DNA of 64,000 nt from positions 4,216,001 to 4,280,000 of the forward strand of contig OX337228.1 in assembly GCA_946965045.2 (NCBI GenBank), read 5' to 3'. Of the stretch, positions 19,890 to 33,038 are shown piece after piece. The notes under the pieces are model-generated. The model was not told the origin of the DNA and ran no database searches. It saw nothing but the letters and a program-made list of their open reading frames with translations. The translations under genes were made by a program, and so were the position numbers. The stretch's first letter is position 1. Every line of letters begins with the position of its first letter. The DNA comes from Epithemia pelagica. Lineage: Eukaryota; Protista; Bacillariophyta.

Positions 19890-22800
19890 ATGGATCCTCA
19901 ATCACCCAAGACACCTACGACTCCTAAGGGAGAAGATAACCAAGACAATGTCTCGAACACAGACCTATTCGACCACATCATATTTACCGTCTGCCATTTC
20001 TTAACCAAAGAAAGGGCCGACTACTTAATGAAGTGGATGAAATACCATGGTTTTGAGAACATTACCCATCTTATCTCGTATATGCAAACTAGTACCGAGG
20101 AATCCATGAACGAACTGACACAATACAAGGTCAACAAACAGACACATGATCTACAAGGCCCCACAAGACAGCAGATCAAGCTCTTGGCTTATTGGGCCAT
20201 ATACAAGACCAATGAAATTCAAGACAAGCTATCCAATAGCGACTGGATGAACCTAACGAGGAAAGAGTTCAACACTTGGAGGATCAACACAGATTTCTCT
20301 AAGGGACCACCTAGCCAAGTTCCAGTCTCGCCAATGAAGTCACCGTCATCTGTGAAATCTGTCAGCACAGTTACTGCCGCATCCCAATCTCAACAAGACC
20401 TTACAGCATTCAGAAAGGGAACTAAGCGCGACGCAACTGCATATGAGGTATTCAAGGATGAACGATACTACGATTCATTCTGGCGTGTATTCAAGACTAC
20501 AGCTAAGGCTCAAGGCCTATCCAACGTTCTGAATTTCAAATACACACCACCCCATGATGATGAGTATGCCGAAGAACTTTTTCAAGAGCAACAAGTATTT
20601 CTTTACTCCGTTCTTGTCCATATCATTCAGACTGACGAAGGTCGAGCCTATGTACGTGAACATGAACATGATGAAGATGCGCGTGCCGTATTGCAGAAGT
20701 TACACTCTTTGCATACCGAATCCGACCTAGCAAAACGAGAAGTCCTCCGTTTAACCAACTACATTTCCAATCTACGTCTTGACGACACATGGCGCGGAAC
20801 AACACATCAATTTCTTCTACACTTTCAAGAGCAGCTACGTTTGCTAGACAATCTAGTGACATTGTCTGATCGCATCCCTGATCATACCAGGATGACCTTC
20901 CTCATGCAAGCTGTAGAAAAGGTACCTGATCTCCGCCGAGTCAAGATCTTGGATAATGTGGTGAACACCAAATCCGGTGCAAAATCCCTTTGCTATCAAT
21001 CATACTTCCGTCTCCTTCTAGACGCAGCTTATGACCATGATCAAGCAACCCAGTCATCTGTTCATAGTCGCCGTCGACATGTCAAACAACATGAATCACT
21101 ATATGGCCAAGATACAGATGCTGACATAACCTCACAAGATGATATGGAGTATCATGTCCACAACACCAAAGCGACATCTGAATCTCCATCCTCTTCGTCC
21201 AAGGTTAGTCTATCGCGTGACCTATGGTTCAAACTTTCTGAAGAAGATCGCAAGTTGATCATTGAGTATAACAAGATGATTCAAGCACCTTCATCAACAA
21301 CACCGAGGAAAGTGCAAACACATGCCCTCGACATTGATCCGGAACCTGATCCTGACCCCAACCAAGTTGCATCTGATGACGACTCACCTGGCGTAGTCTC
21401 TGAGCATCCAGATGATTCAGATCCGGTTACACAATTTATCAACCAAGCCATGACGACTGATATCAATCACCCGGCAACTGACCTGACTAGTGTTCTTTCT
21501 AACGCCAAGTCCAAGACGAGCAAGAAGGTTACTTTCAAAGCCAACATGCATAAACAAGCAGGACATGTTCCACGCTATTTGTTTTCCAGGAAATCTACTT
21601 TACCAGGAAATCAATTGATTGACCGTGGTGCTAATGGAGGACTTGCTGGTTCTGACATGCGCATCCTTTCTAAGACTGGCCGCCATATCACTATTGTGGG
21701 TATTGATAACCATGAACTTACTGGACTTCCTGTCGTCACATGTGCCGCAAAGTTTGAGACCAATGATGGACCTATTGTCGGCATCTTCAATGAATATGCT
21801 TATTATGGAAAGGGCTTATCTATCCATGCTCCTGGTCAATTCGAGCATTTCGGACTTGCTGTTGATGAACGATCTGTTAAAGTTGATGGTAAACAACGCA
21901 TCACTACACTTGATGGTCGTGCTATACCCCTTCACATCAAGGATGGGTTAGCCTACATCCACTCCTTGGGTATCCCCAGCGACGATGACATGAATACCTT
22001 ACCTCAGATCATCTTCACGTCACCCAACACATGGGATCCTGGTGTTCTGGACCATTCGTATTCTCCCACACCCTCTGATAATGGTCCTGATTGGAAACAC
22101 GTCAAGACTGATGGTAGTATGTCGAACCATCCATATGACAACTATGGGGAGTACACTGATCGTGTTGTTTGTAACCTCAATCTCCTTTTGGATCTCTCAT
22201 ACGATCATGGACCTGACGACGCACCCTTCTTTTCTATCTATGCTGACGCAGAAGGTAATGATCCTACACTTCATGCCTCTGTCCACCGCCGTTACCAGGA
22301 AGCGTATTACTGGAAGAAGTTCCGTCCATTCTTTGGTTGGCAATCTGAAGATGTTATTGCCGATACGTTCAAGCACACTACACGTAATGGTAGCATTACT
22401 TTTGACCACGACACCCTCAAGAAACATTTCAAGGCTCGCAATCCGGTCCTTAATATACCTCGACGTCATGAACCCGTTGCTACTGACTCGGTTTTCTCCG
22501 ACACCCCTGCTGTTGACCATGGCGGTAAAGTCGCACAAATCTTTGTTGGTGGAGATACTCTGGTTACTGATATCTATGGGATCAAGTCAACCAAATAGTT
22601 TGTCAATACTCTTCAGGACAACATCCGGTTTCGTGGTGCCATGGAGACTCTTATCAGTGATGGTGGTTCATCTCTCATCTCTCAAAAGGTCAAAGACATT
22701 CTTCGCACTTTGCTTATTGGGGAGTATCGATCCGAACCTTATCATCAACACCAGAATAAGGCTGAAAACCGTTACCAGACCGTCAAACGTATGACCAACG

Positions 22801-25520
22801 CTCTCATGAATGCCACTGGTTGCCCTGCCAACACCTGGCTTCTTTGCCTTGAGTATGTCTGTGACTTATTGAACCATACATCATCACCCACCCATTCCGG
22901 TCGCAGTCCTCTTGAGGCTCTCTCCGGACGCCCACCCGACATTACTCATCTCTTGTTCTTTCCTTTCTGGGATGAGGTTTACTACCGTGTCGACCCCGCT
23001 GAACCCAATTCTGGTTCATATCCATCTTCTTCTGATGAGAAACTTGGCCACTGGGTTGGTTTTGCTCATAACGTTGGTGATTCTTTTACTTGGAAGATTC
23101 TCACCCAGGATAACCAGATAATCTACCGTTCTGCCGTTCGCCGTGTTGAATCCACTACACCTAACCTACGTGTGGATCGACCTTCAGGGGAGGATTCGTC
23201 TGAGAAGGATGACAATGATAAGCAAGCTGACACTGTCTTCATTCGCAGTGATAGTGAAGATCCATCCAAACCAATGCCCACGATCGATTTTGACGACATG
23301 ATAGGACGCACATTCCTATGCAACACAGAAGAAAATGGGGAGCGACACCGTGCACGTGTCATCAAACGAGTCATTGATCTTTCTGATGTTGATGAGATGA
23401 TATCCTATAATCAACTCATGGAGTATATCGAACGAGATAAGCAAGCTCAAACCTCTGGAGATAATCTTTTCAGGTTCAGGGACGTCATTGCCCATTAAGG
23501 CCCACTGAACACAACTGATCCAGATTACAAGGGGAGCAAATATAATTTGCTTGTTGATTGGGAAACTGGGGAGACTACCTATGAACCTTTATCACTCATC
23601 GCCAATGATGATCCGATCACTGTAGCAATTTATGGAAAGAAACATGGTTTACTCAACGAACCTGGATGGAAGCATTTGAAACGTTATGTCAAAACAAGCA
23701 AATGTCTCATTCGAGCAGCCAAACAGTCAAGGATTAAACAAGTTCACCATTCCGTCAAGTATAAGTTTGGATTCCAAGTACCACGCAATTATGAGGAAGC
23801 TGTTGCTCTTGATAAACAACATGGCAACACAAAGTGGCAGGATGCAACAGAATTAGAATTGTCACAGATCCAGTCCTACAAGACATTCAAGGATTTTGGG
23901 AAAGCCATCTTCATTAAAGGGAAAGTATCCAATGCACCTGAAGGATATCATAAGATACGTGTACATCTTGTCTTTGACGTAAAACATGATGGACGACATA
24001 AAGCAAGACTTGTCGCAGATGGACATCTCACAAAAGAACCTGTTGAGACAATCTATTCAGGTGTTGTTTCCATTCGCAACCTCCGCATTGCCTTATTCCT
24101 GGGTACTTTGAATGACTTGGAAATATGGGGAGCAGATATTGGAAACGCATATCTGGAAGCCTTGACAGGGGAGAAAATCTTCATTGTCGCAGGACCTGAA
24201 TTCAAGGAATTAGAAGGTCACATCCTGATTATATACAAGGCACTTTATGGATTGAAGTCATCAGGCGCACGCTGGCATGATGTCTTATTTGATGTTTTGA
24301 CAGACATGGGATTTTCACCAAGCAAAGCAGATCCGGATATCTGGATGAGGAAAGCACCTGGAGAAGACTGTTACGAATACATTGCCGTATACGTTGATGA
24401 CTTAGCCATTATTTCTACTGATCCTGGGAATATCTGTAAGATCCTGAAGGAGAAATACAACTTCAAACTCAAAGGAGATGGACCTATTGATTTCCACTTG
24501 GGATGTTGTTACGCCAAGGATTCTGATGGAACATTAGTAGCAGATCCAAGACGCTACATTGGTAAGATGATGGACACTTTCGAACGAATCTTCAAGGAGA
24601 AACCCAAGAAAGCCAAAACACCTCTTATTGGTGGAGACCATCCTGAATTGGATGATTCTGAGCTCCTTGATGAAGAAGGTACTAGCCATTTCCAAACTCT
24701 GATTGGACAACTCCAATGGGTGATCACTATTGGTCGTTTTGACGTCTTCACCGCTACAATGACGCTATCACACTTTCGTGCTGCTCCGAGGAAAGGACAT
24801 CTTGATAGAGCCAAGCGTATCTATGGATACCTTGCACATCTCCCAGAAGGCGCAATCAGATTTAGGATTGGAGAGCCTGATTATTCAAGTCTTCCTACCC
24901 AAGAATTTGATTGGACTCGCACTGTCTATTCGAATGCAAGTGAACGTATTCCTGAAGACTGCCCAACACCTCTTGGTCGCTATGTTACCACAACTCATTA
25001 TGTTGATGCCAATCTCATGCATGACATAGTCACTGGTAAATCCGTCACTGCTGTTCTACATTTGTTGAACGGAACACCTATTGACTGGTACAGCAAGAGA
25101 CAGAGCACGGTGGAAACTGCTACCTATGGATCCAAGTTTGTGGCTGCAAGGACAGCAATAGATCAGATTACAGAATTACGACATTCTCTCCGCTACCTTG
25201 GAGTACCTATCCGAGAGCAAAGTTACATGTACGGAGATAACAGATCTGTTGTGCTCAATGCAACCGTTCCTCATTCCATACTATCCAAGAGACACCATCT
25301 TCTGTCATACCACCGAGTTCGTGAAGCCATCGCAGCAAAGTATGTTGCATTCTACTGGAAAGATGGAAAGACCAACCCTGCCGATATCCTTAGCAAACAT
25401 TGGGATTTCGTATCTATTTGGCCCATGCTCAAGCCATTGTTGTTTTGGAAAGGAGAAGTTCAAGACCTCAACAAATCCAATGATGACAAGGCTGAAACGA
25501 CGAGTTGTGGGGAGTGTTAG
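19890..25520 (+). pseudogene. CoDi gag-pol polyprotein with two in-frame nonsense codons
   Basis: Track ORFs 19890, 22641 and 23547 share one frame, with stops TAG 22596-98 and TAA 23496-98. Motifs: protease LIDRGANGG; integrase TDSVFSD / ISDGG / QNKAENRY; RT ADIGNAYL and YVDD; RNase H YVDANL, TYGSKF (E>K), GDN, NPAD. Confidence 0.93.
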
Positions 25521-26297
25521 AATTCTCACCGTCTATGGTGGTTAGATTCTACATCTCATCGATTCCCCATGTCACATAGCCTCGTGCTATCGCATCATGC
25601 CATCTAGCTTCAAGCTATGTTCCCTAGCTTCGCGCTATATCGACCTATATTTCTTCGCAAATCATGAAAAGTGAGAATAGATTGACGAACTCACTCTCAA
25701 GACTAAACTGGGTCGTGCGGTATTACAACGGACGTAAATTTGGCCGTTGCTCGGACATTATACTAACGCCCTAAGCGTACGCGCCCGAAATCATCGAGCG
25801 CGCCCAAGCGACATCCAAGCGCCGTCGGCATCTATCCGACCCAACGGTCTAAGTATCCCAAGCACGACACACGATCACGCGAGACCATATTTCCATTCCC
25901 ACAATCTCCAAATTGTCAACAAGCTGCGCGCCATGAAAACAACTATGCCAATCCAAAGCAAGAGCTGTTGACCCTGTATATGTTATCCGTCCACATATAC
26001 ATGTCATATACATCACATGAATCGACTCCAACTATTCCAAACCTGTTGCCGCCAAGAACCTATGACACATGACCCTTGGCAGGACCGAACATTTCACGTA
26101 GACCTATCGTAGTAATCAACACACAATCTAACAATATCACCATTTATCACATCTTCTTTTGTGTCCTGACTATCCTTCTGATAGACTTCGACTTGCTTGC
26201 TTCTCTGACCCTGAGAAGCTTGTATCGGTTGGTGACCTACCTGATTGTCTGCTCTACCGAGCATCAATGCCTCTGCAATTCCAAGAGAATTGTAACA
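25515..26297 (+). repeat. 3' LTR
   Basis: Near-identical to 18306-19088; followed by the TSD TACGC. Confidence 0.97.
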
Positions 26298-27315
26298 TAC
26301 GCAAAGAACCCTCGATTCATTTTCCACAAGATGAGACACACGAAAGAAGGAGCAGATACTTACAAGAAATCTATCATCCGTCAGAACCTGTTCCTCAGTC
26401 GAAGTCGAATTGTACCAGTTGAAGGAGTGCATCCCCAAGCAATGTTCTACGTCGAATTGAAACTACGCCAAATTCCAGGAGTCGGAATCGTTGCAAAACA
26501 CAAAAAATGGGCTACCAGAGGACGCTACAGTATCCACACGACCGAACGCAATTTCGATGAAGTGGTCCGAATCATTCGTACGAATTTAGCTGCTTGGACC
26601 AAAGAGATTGTACAGCGTGAAAAGATTGACGTGACAGAAATACAAGTCTCCAATCCACGACTTTGCTTCCGTAGTGACATCCCCATGCTTGGACCTGATG
26701 AAGAACATGAAAATAGTGAAGCAAGATCCTTTCAGTCCTATGTAACAGCTTGTTCTACACTTTACACTCACAACTCTACCTCAGGAATCAATGGGACTTA
26801 CGATCTTCCGCCTGCAACCTCTACACCCGTGATGCAAGCCTGGTCAACGGCTCGAGTCCAAATCCCATCTGTTGTCGAAACCAAAACAGTTGTAACCAAC
26901 GATACAGGCAGTCAAAGCCAGATTACACAGGAAGACTACGACAAACTTCGCACACGTAATGAACGTTTGGAAAATGAATTGATCAGTTTGAAGGACAAAT
27001 TTGAACAACTCATGTCAAGGCAATCTAGTGAAGAAGATCGTATCGCTCTGATTGTACGACAGGCAATCCGCGCCGAGAAGAACAAACCACAAGCCGCAAC
27101 TAAACATGCATCCAGCAACGACGATACAACAGCTACGAACAAGCGTCCACATGACGACGGGAGCATTACAGCGCGTAAAACCTCAAAGGAAGGTGACGCT
27201 GGTGACTCCAAGATTACAGCTCCACGGGTTTCTACCGATGAGAGCATGGTCCATGAACAAACATCCAGCGAGACTGCGGATGTTAGCATGACCGCCGATG
27301 CAAGCTTTACCACCA

Positions 27316-30300
27316 ATGGTTAGTCATCATAGCGACAATCATTTCACTGATTACTTAGACGAATCCATTACAACCTACACTGATACTTCACCAGCACACG
27401 AATTTTTCAACGCACTCGATGATACAGCACACCATAACTACGCACACAACGAACTCATTGGCACCGCTCCACCCACCAAACACCCAATATATACAGAATA
27501 TTTTGCAAAAACCCCAACGGTTTAACCATCGATAGCCAAGGAGGCGATTTCGCTGAGCTATGCGAAGAGGTACATGACTTAGAAGCAGACTCATGGGGAA
27601 TCAACGAGACCAAACTAGATACTACGAACACAAAATGTAAAGAGATACTTTTCAAGACAGTACAGCAACATTTCGAGTAATCGCGCATGGTACTCAGCAG
27701 CAGTGTGATACCTTCTCCACGTTGGTCATTCTACAAACCAGGAGGAACCCTTTTAGCAACCAGAGGACACATGTCAGGAAGAGTGGTATGCCAAGGCAAT
27801 GATTAACTTGGGAGATGGAGCTATCAGATCTTATCCGGAAGAGGGCAGAAGTCTGTTACAATAATCACAGCGTACCAAGTATGCTCTCAGCCTCTGATTG
27901 ACTCGACAACTAACAGAATCAGGAGTTTCACAGCATCAGCCCAACAAATTAGCCTACTGCAACAAGCCGGCCGGGATATTACACCGAGAGTAGCATTCAT
28001 TGAAGATTTGAACAAGTTTATAGAGGCCCGTCAGTCACAACAATCAGAAGTGATACTCATGGGAGATTTCAATGAAGCGCTGGGCGACTCAATGACAGGA
28101 ATGTCGAAACTACAGTCAGACAGAGGACTAGTGGATCTCATGTACCAACTCACAGGATCGTCTAGCTTTGGAACACATGTCTCAGGGCACGAGAGGATAG
28201 ACTATATATTATGTACGCCAAATGCCGCACAAGCTGCACTAACTGGGTGCTACGAACCCTTCCAGAAACGAGGACGAGGCGACCACCGTAACATGGTTGT
28301 GGACTTTGACGTGGTAGAATTATTTGGCAATGAAACACCTGCTCTTGGACCTATGTCAGCCCGTGGATTCACCAGCAAGGACCGAGCTACGAATCGCCAG
28401 TATATTGAGTCGAAACATGAGTTTCTGACACGCCATAACTTTGGACCACGACTTCAACAACTGAGAGAGACTTGGGACCCAAACCTAGCAGAGCGACTCG
28501 ATAAAGACTTTCAAAGAGCTGGGAGCTACGCCGCAAAAAGATGTACTAAGAAACCAAGATCCATCCCGTTTTCCCGCGAACTTGCAGAATTGAGAGTTCA
28601 AAAGAACACGCTCCTGAAAGTAATATCCTCTATTCGCCTCAATCGGAACTTTGACGCAGGTTAACAACATACCAACCGTCATGGCCACTCCTTTCTTGTT
28701 CCGGATTCCCTGGAAGAATGTCAAACACAACTTTGTTCAGTACAAAGACGAATCTCTGAAATTACCAAAACAGCCGTTTTTCGAAGGCAGAATGAACTAA
28801 AACTGGCGCTTGACGAAGCAACAAAAACAGGAGACACCAAAACGTCTAAAGCAATCAAACATAGAATGGCTGCCGAAAGAACAAAAGCCATGTACGATAA
28901 ACTCCGCAAGTGCAGAGGCTCTACCAAAAACGGTATTACCCGGTTAGATGTTCCAAGAGACGAAAACGACATGGATTACGCGACTTGCCGAGACTGGATT
29001 ACGATTGATACCCCGTCAGAAATTGAAACTCGGTTGCTACAACGAAACCGCCGCCACTTTGGCCAGGCAGAAAACACCTATCCAACGATACCCCCTTTTT
29101 CGGAGTGGGTGGACTGGGGAGCTTCCAGTCACACCGCCGAGCTCATTTTAGAAGGCAATTGGGAACCACCCGACATCGATGAACTTTCTCAGAGCATGAT
29201 ATCACACATGAAAGCGCGAGTTGAACTCGATAGTGTCCAAGGCGGTTTCACGAAAGAAGAATGGATTGGAAAGATCAAAGCATGGCCCGAGTCGACTACC
29301 ACGTCTCCGTCGGGATTTCATCTTGGACATAGTAAAGTTCTTATAGCTCCGACTGACCTCGACCCACAATCACAATCAACCGAGTACGAAGCTCTGGAAC
29401 ACAAACGAGAAGACTTGATTGATTGGCAAGTCGGACTTCTGAATACAGCCTTGTTGAACAGCTACTGTTACGAACGATGGAAGCATATTGTGAACGTAAT
29501 GATCCTTAAACAACCAGGCAATCTAAAAATTCATCGACTAAGGGTTATCCACTTATACGAGCAAGACTATAATCTTGTCTTGGCCACCAAGTGGAAGAAA
29601 ATGATCTCGCATTGCTCTAATCAACAGGTTCTCAATCCGTCGCAGTTTGGTGGAGTACCCGGCAAAGACGCAGTAACCCCTACTTTCATCGAAGAAATGC
29701 AATATGAGATATCGCGAGCAAGTAAACGTCCCTTAGTCCATATGGACTATGACGCCACTGCTTGTTATGACCGTATCGTGATGAATTTTGGCAGTCTTGC
29801 TTCTCGCGCCTTTGGACAGCATCGTTCTATTACCTTTATCAATGCAAAGAATTTGGCTGAAGCGAAATATTATTTAAAAACTAAACTCGGTGTCTCAGAA
29901 AGATTCTACAAGCATTGTCAGATCTTTCCGATCTACGGATCAGGACAAGGCGCGGGAAACTCACCAGCGATCTGGTGTGTGATCAGCTGTGTGCTCTTTG
30001 ACGTATACGAAGAGAAAGCTCACGGGGCAACATTCGAATCTCCTTGCGGCAAGTACAAAACGAAGATCTACATGATCGGGTTTGTCGACGATACAAGTGG
30101 AAGTACAAATGAATTTGCTTTACCTACTCAAGCCCCACTCGACTCATACATTTCCAAGGCCACCCACGACGCTCAACGTTGGAACGACACGCTAAGTCTC
30201 TCTGGCGGTGCTCTCAACCTTGAAAAATGCACCTATCACTTCATGCATTACACGTTCAGCATAGACGGATTACCCAATTTACAAGTTGGCAGGTGTGGAC

Positions 30301-33038
30301 CAGATGTTACAATTCACTTACATGGCACAGACCAACCACAAAAGCTTCGACAGCTCTCCTCGTATGCGTGCCACAAAACCCTTGGCGTACAAAAATCACC
30401 CAAATGCACCGACAACGAACTCTATGCAGCACTTGAAAGGAAGAACAAAGTTCATACTCGAACTATGGCTAACAGTCCCTTCAATCGCGTAAACTCTTGG
30501 GCTTACTACCACTCGATCTACTTGCCCAGTATGACTTATCCTCTTCCCTCTTCTACTCTGTCGGATTCGAACTGTCGGTCATTACAATGTTCTTTCAAGC
30601 AAGTGTTCCTACCCAAGTACGGATTTAACCGCAACACTCCCAACGCTGTGGTATACGGTCCTGCGGAATATGGAGGTTTGGCATTACGAGATTTATCCGT
30701 GGAAAAGAGCGTCAGCCAGATCTATCTCTTTCTGGCTTGTGTACGATCTCAAGGAGTTGCTTCGAAACTAGCTCTAATCGCAGTGTCATGGGGACAATTC
30801 TTGGCAGGTATTAGCAAGCCGATACTCCAGCATGTCGATATTCGCTTGCCCCACATGGAACCTATGGTCTGGGTACCACAAGTCCGAAACTTTTTGTCAT
30901 CTGTCAAATGTACTGTTGAGTTGGCAACTACTTTTGTTCCACCTCTCCAGCGTCACGGAGATAGCTTTCTTATGGATCACGCGATTTCACAGAACTTCAC
31001 TGACACCGAGCTGTGTCTCGTTAATGCATGTCGACTCTACTTGGGTGTCACTCTCATGAGTGATATTGTGACTGCTGACGGAAGATATCTATCCTTGTTT
31101 GCTGTTGATTGTTCTCAGGATACGAACTCACGAGCCAAAGGACTACTACCTTACCAAACCAATCCAAGTCGGAAAGCTTGGGTGTTATGGAAAAGACTGA
31201 TGCTGACTTTTACTGCCCCCGGTTCCTTGAAACGTCTGCTTAACCCACTTGGTGCATGGCTGGTGACTGGCTACAACACATACCGCCACTGGAATGAGTA
31301 TTTAGACCCATCAACATACTCTCTCTACGTACAGGTCGAGGACCGGTTTGAAAGATTTACCTACCAACGTCCCTACTTCTTTCCCACCACATCGCTGGTT
31401 TCTATGCTACCATCGCAATGCCTTCCAGCGCAGAGCGTACACCACAATGGCCGACGAACTCTTCTACCTGTCTCTCCAGCGATGATAACCCCACCTGTGG
31501 CCAATTCACTCAATCTGTCTAGCCATACCTCGGAACTGGACGACTGGGAATCCCAACTGCTCACTGGACATGATATTCTTTGTTCTCTCGAAATTCTGCA
31601 TCAGGAGCTGTTTCATACCAATCTACAACTTCTCCTTTGTAGCGACGGATCCGCTGCGCAATTTCGTGGCACATTCGGTTGCGTTGGGTGTTCACTTCAA
31701 GGTGTCAGGCTTTTTCGTCTCAGTGGTCCTGCTCCCGGTTATCGAACTTCGTCTTTCCGGTCGGAAAGCTACGGTTGTCTCAGTATTCTTCGCTTTCTAT
31801 TTCGTCTGTTTGAATTTTATGCCCAACCTTTACCTGAGGCTGTCACAGTGTACACCGATTCTAAGAGTCTCATCCAAACAATACACAAGCGGCTTGAATG
31901 GTCGTACGACTTTACTTATTCTACAATGAATCCCGACTGGGATATTCAACAAGCAATTTCCTCTACTGTTCGACAATTCCCTCAAATCCCAGCTTTCCTC
32001 CATGTAAAGGGCCATCAAGATAATCATGCCGATTCGTCCACTCTCTCTCTCCCAGCCCAATTGAACATTGAAGCTGACTCCCTTGCTTCTTCTTATATCT
32101 ACCCACCAACTATTTCATCGCGCATCGCCCCTCTTATTGGGGGTGCAACAGCTCTCCTACATGGTCCCTACGGTACGATCAACTCTAATTACCGGTCTAT
32201 TCTCCGTACTTTGGCGTCAGCTCCTTCTCTACGTGACTACCTATGCAACAAACACGAATGGTCCCCTGAAACTTTCCAATCTATTGACTGGGAATCTCAT
32301 GGTATTGTTGTCCGTTCTCATTTCTTGCGCCGACATTTTGTCATCAAGTTTCTACATCAATGGCTTCCTCTCGGTCATCTACGTTCGCGATACGCTTCGT
32401 ATTATTCTGCTACCTGTCCTTCTTGCTCCGAACCTACGCATGAAGACCAGGATCACTTTCTCCGTTGTCCTAATCGATCATGGTTAGGCGCTCTTCTCGA
32501 CGCTCTCCGTGATTTCTGGCAAGATAATCATGTCGACCCCTCTCTTCGTTCCCTTCTCACCGAATATCTACATTCTTGGTTCTCATCCTCCCCTCCTTCA
32601 CCTCTCCTTCCGACTTCACCCTTTTACACTCTTCAACGCACTCAATTACAAATTGGACTCGATCAACTGATTCTCGGTCGGTTTTCTCTCCTCTGGTCGA
32701 CTCATCAAGACTCCTTCTCTGCTTCCTCTCCTGATACTGCCATCTCTGGTCCCCGATTTGTTACGGGTACGATCAAGATCGTTTGGGCACATACTTACAA
32801 ACTGTGGCTCACTCGGAATGAAGCTCTACATGGCTCGACTCCTCAGACTCACGAAACCGCTGCATACGACCAAGCGAAATGTGAAGTTGCCGCCTTGTAC
32901 GCCATCCGCCATACTGTTCTCCCTCGTGACGCATCACTCTTCTATGACTCTCTTGACACACATTTCTCTATCGATACGACCTCTGTTGCTCTCCGTTCAT
33001 GGCTCAACACTTGCCTACAATCTGCCAACCACACCTAG
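27316..33038 (+). pseudogene. Ambal copy 1 ORF2 (APE-RT-RNase H-Zn knuckle), disrupted in the APE region
   Basis: 1-nt frameshift near 27480 and in-frame TAA at 27678, 27803 and 28662. The RT (GFVDDT) and RNase H (CSDGS, SESYG, YTDS, HVKGH, NIEAD) region is still open over 28866-33038. Confidence 0.92.

Larger units (their letters stand above)
18306..26297 (+). mobile_element. Ty1/copia LTR retrotransposon of the diatom CoDi type, full length, inactivated
   Basis: Two 783-bp LTRs (TGTTA...TAACA), 5-bp TSD TACGC at 18301-18305 and 26298-26302, domain order gag-PR-IN-RT-RH, purine tract GTGGGGAG before the 3' LTR. Confidence 0.97.
17590..27323 (+). pseudogene. Ambal copy 1 ORF1, split by the copia insertion (17590-18305 and 26303-27323)
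   Basis: Removing 18306-26302 restores ...LMKTYA/KNPRFIFHK, matching copy 2 (LMQTYAKNPRFIFHK). Confidence 0.92.

Noticed and set aside
22596-22598. TAG in gag-pol as programmed readthrough
   Set aside because: It lies inside the integrase core, lacks a CARYYA-type context, and a second stop and a catalytic mutation show the copy is decayed.
26076-27323. 415-aa ORF fusing LTR sequence to Ambal ORF1 as a new chimeric gene
   Set aside because: The start is a TTG inside the LTR and the in-frame join has a one-in-three chance; no evidence of function, though LTR-driven read-out transcription is possible.
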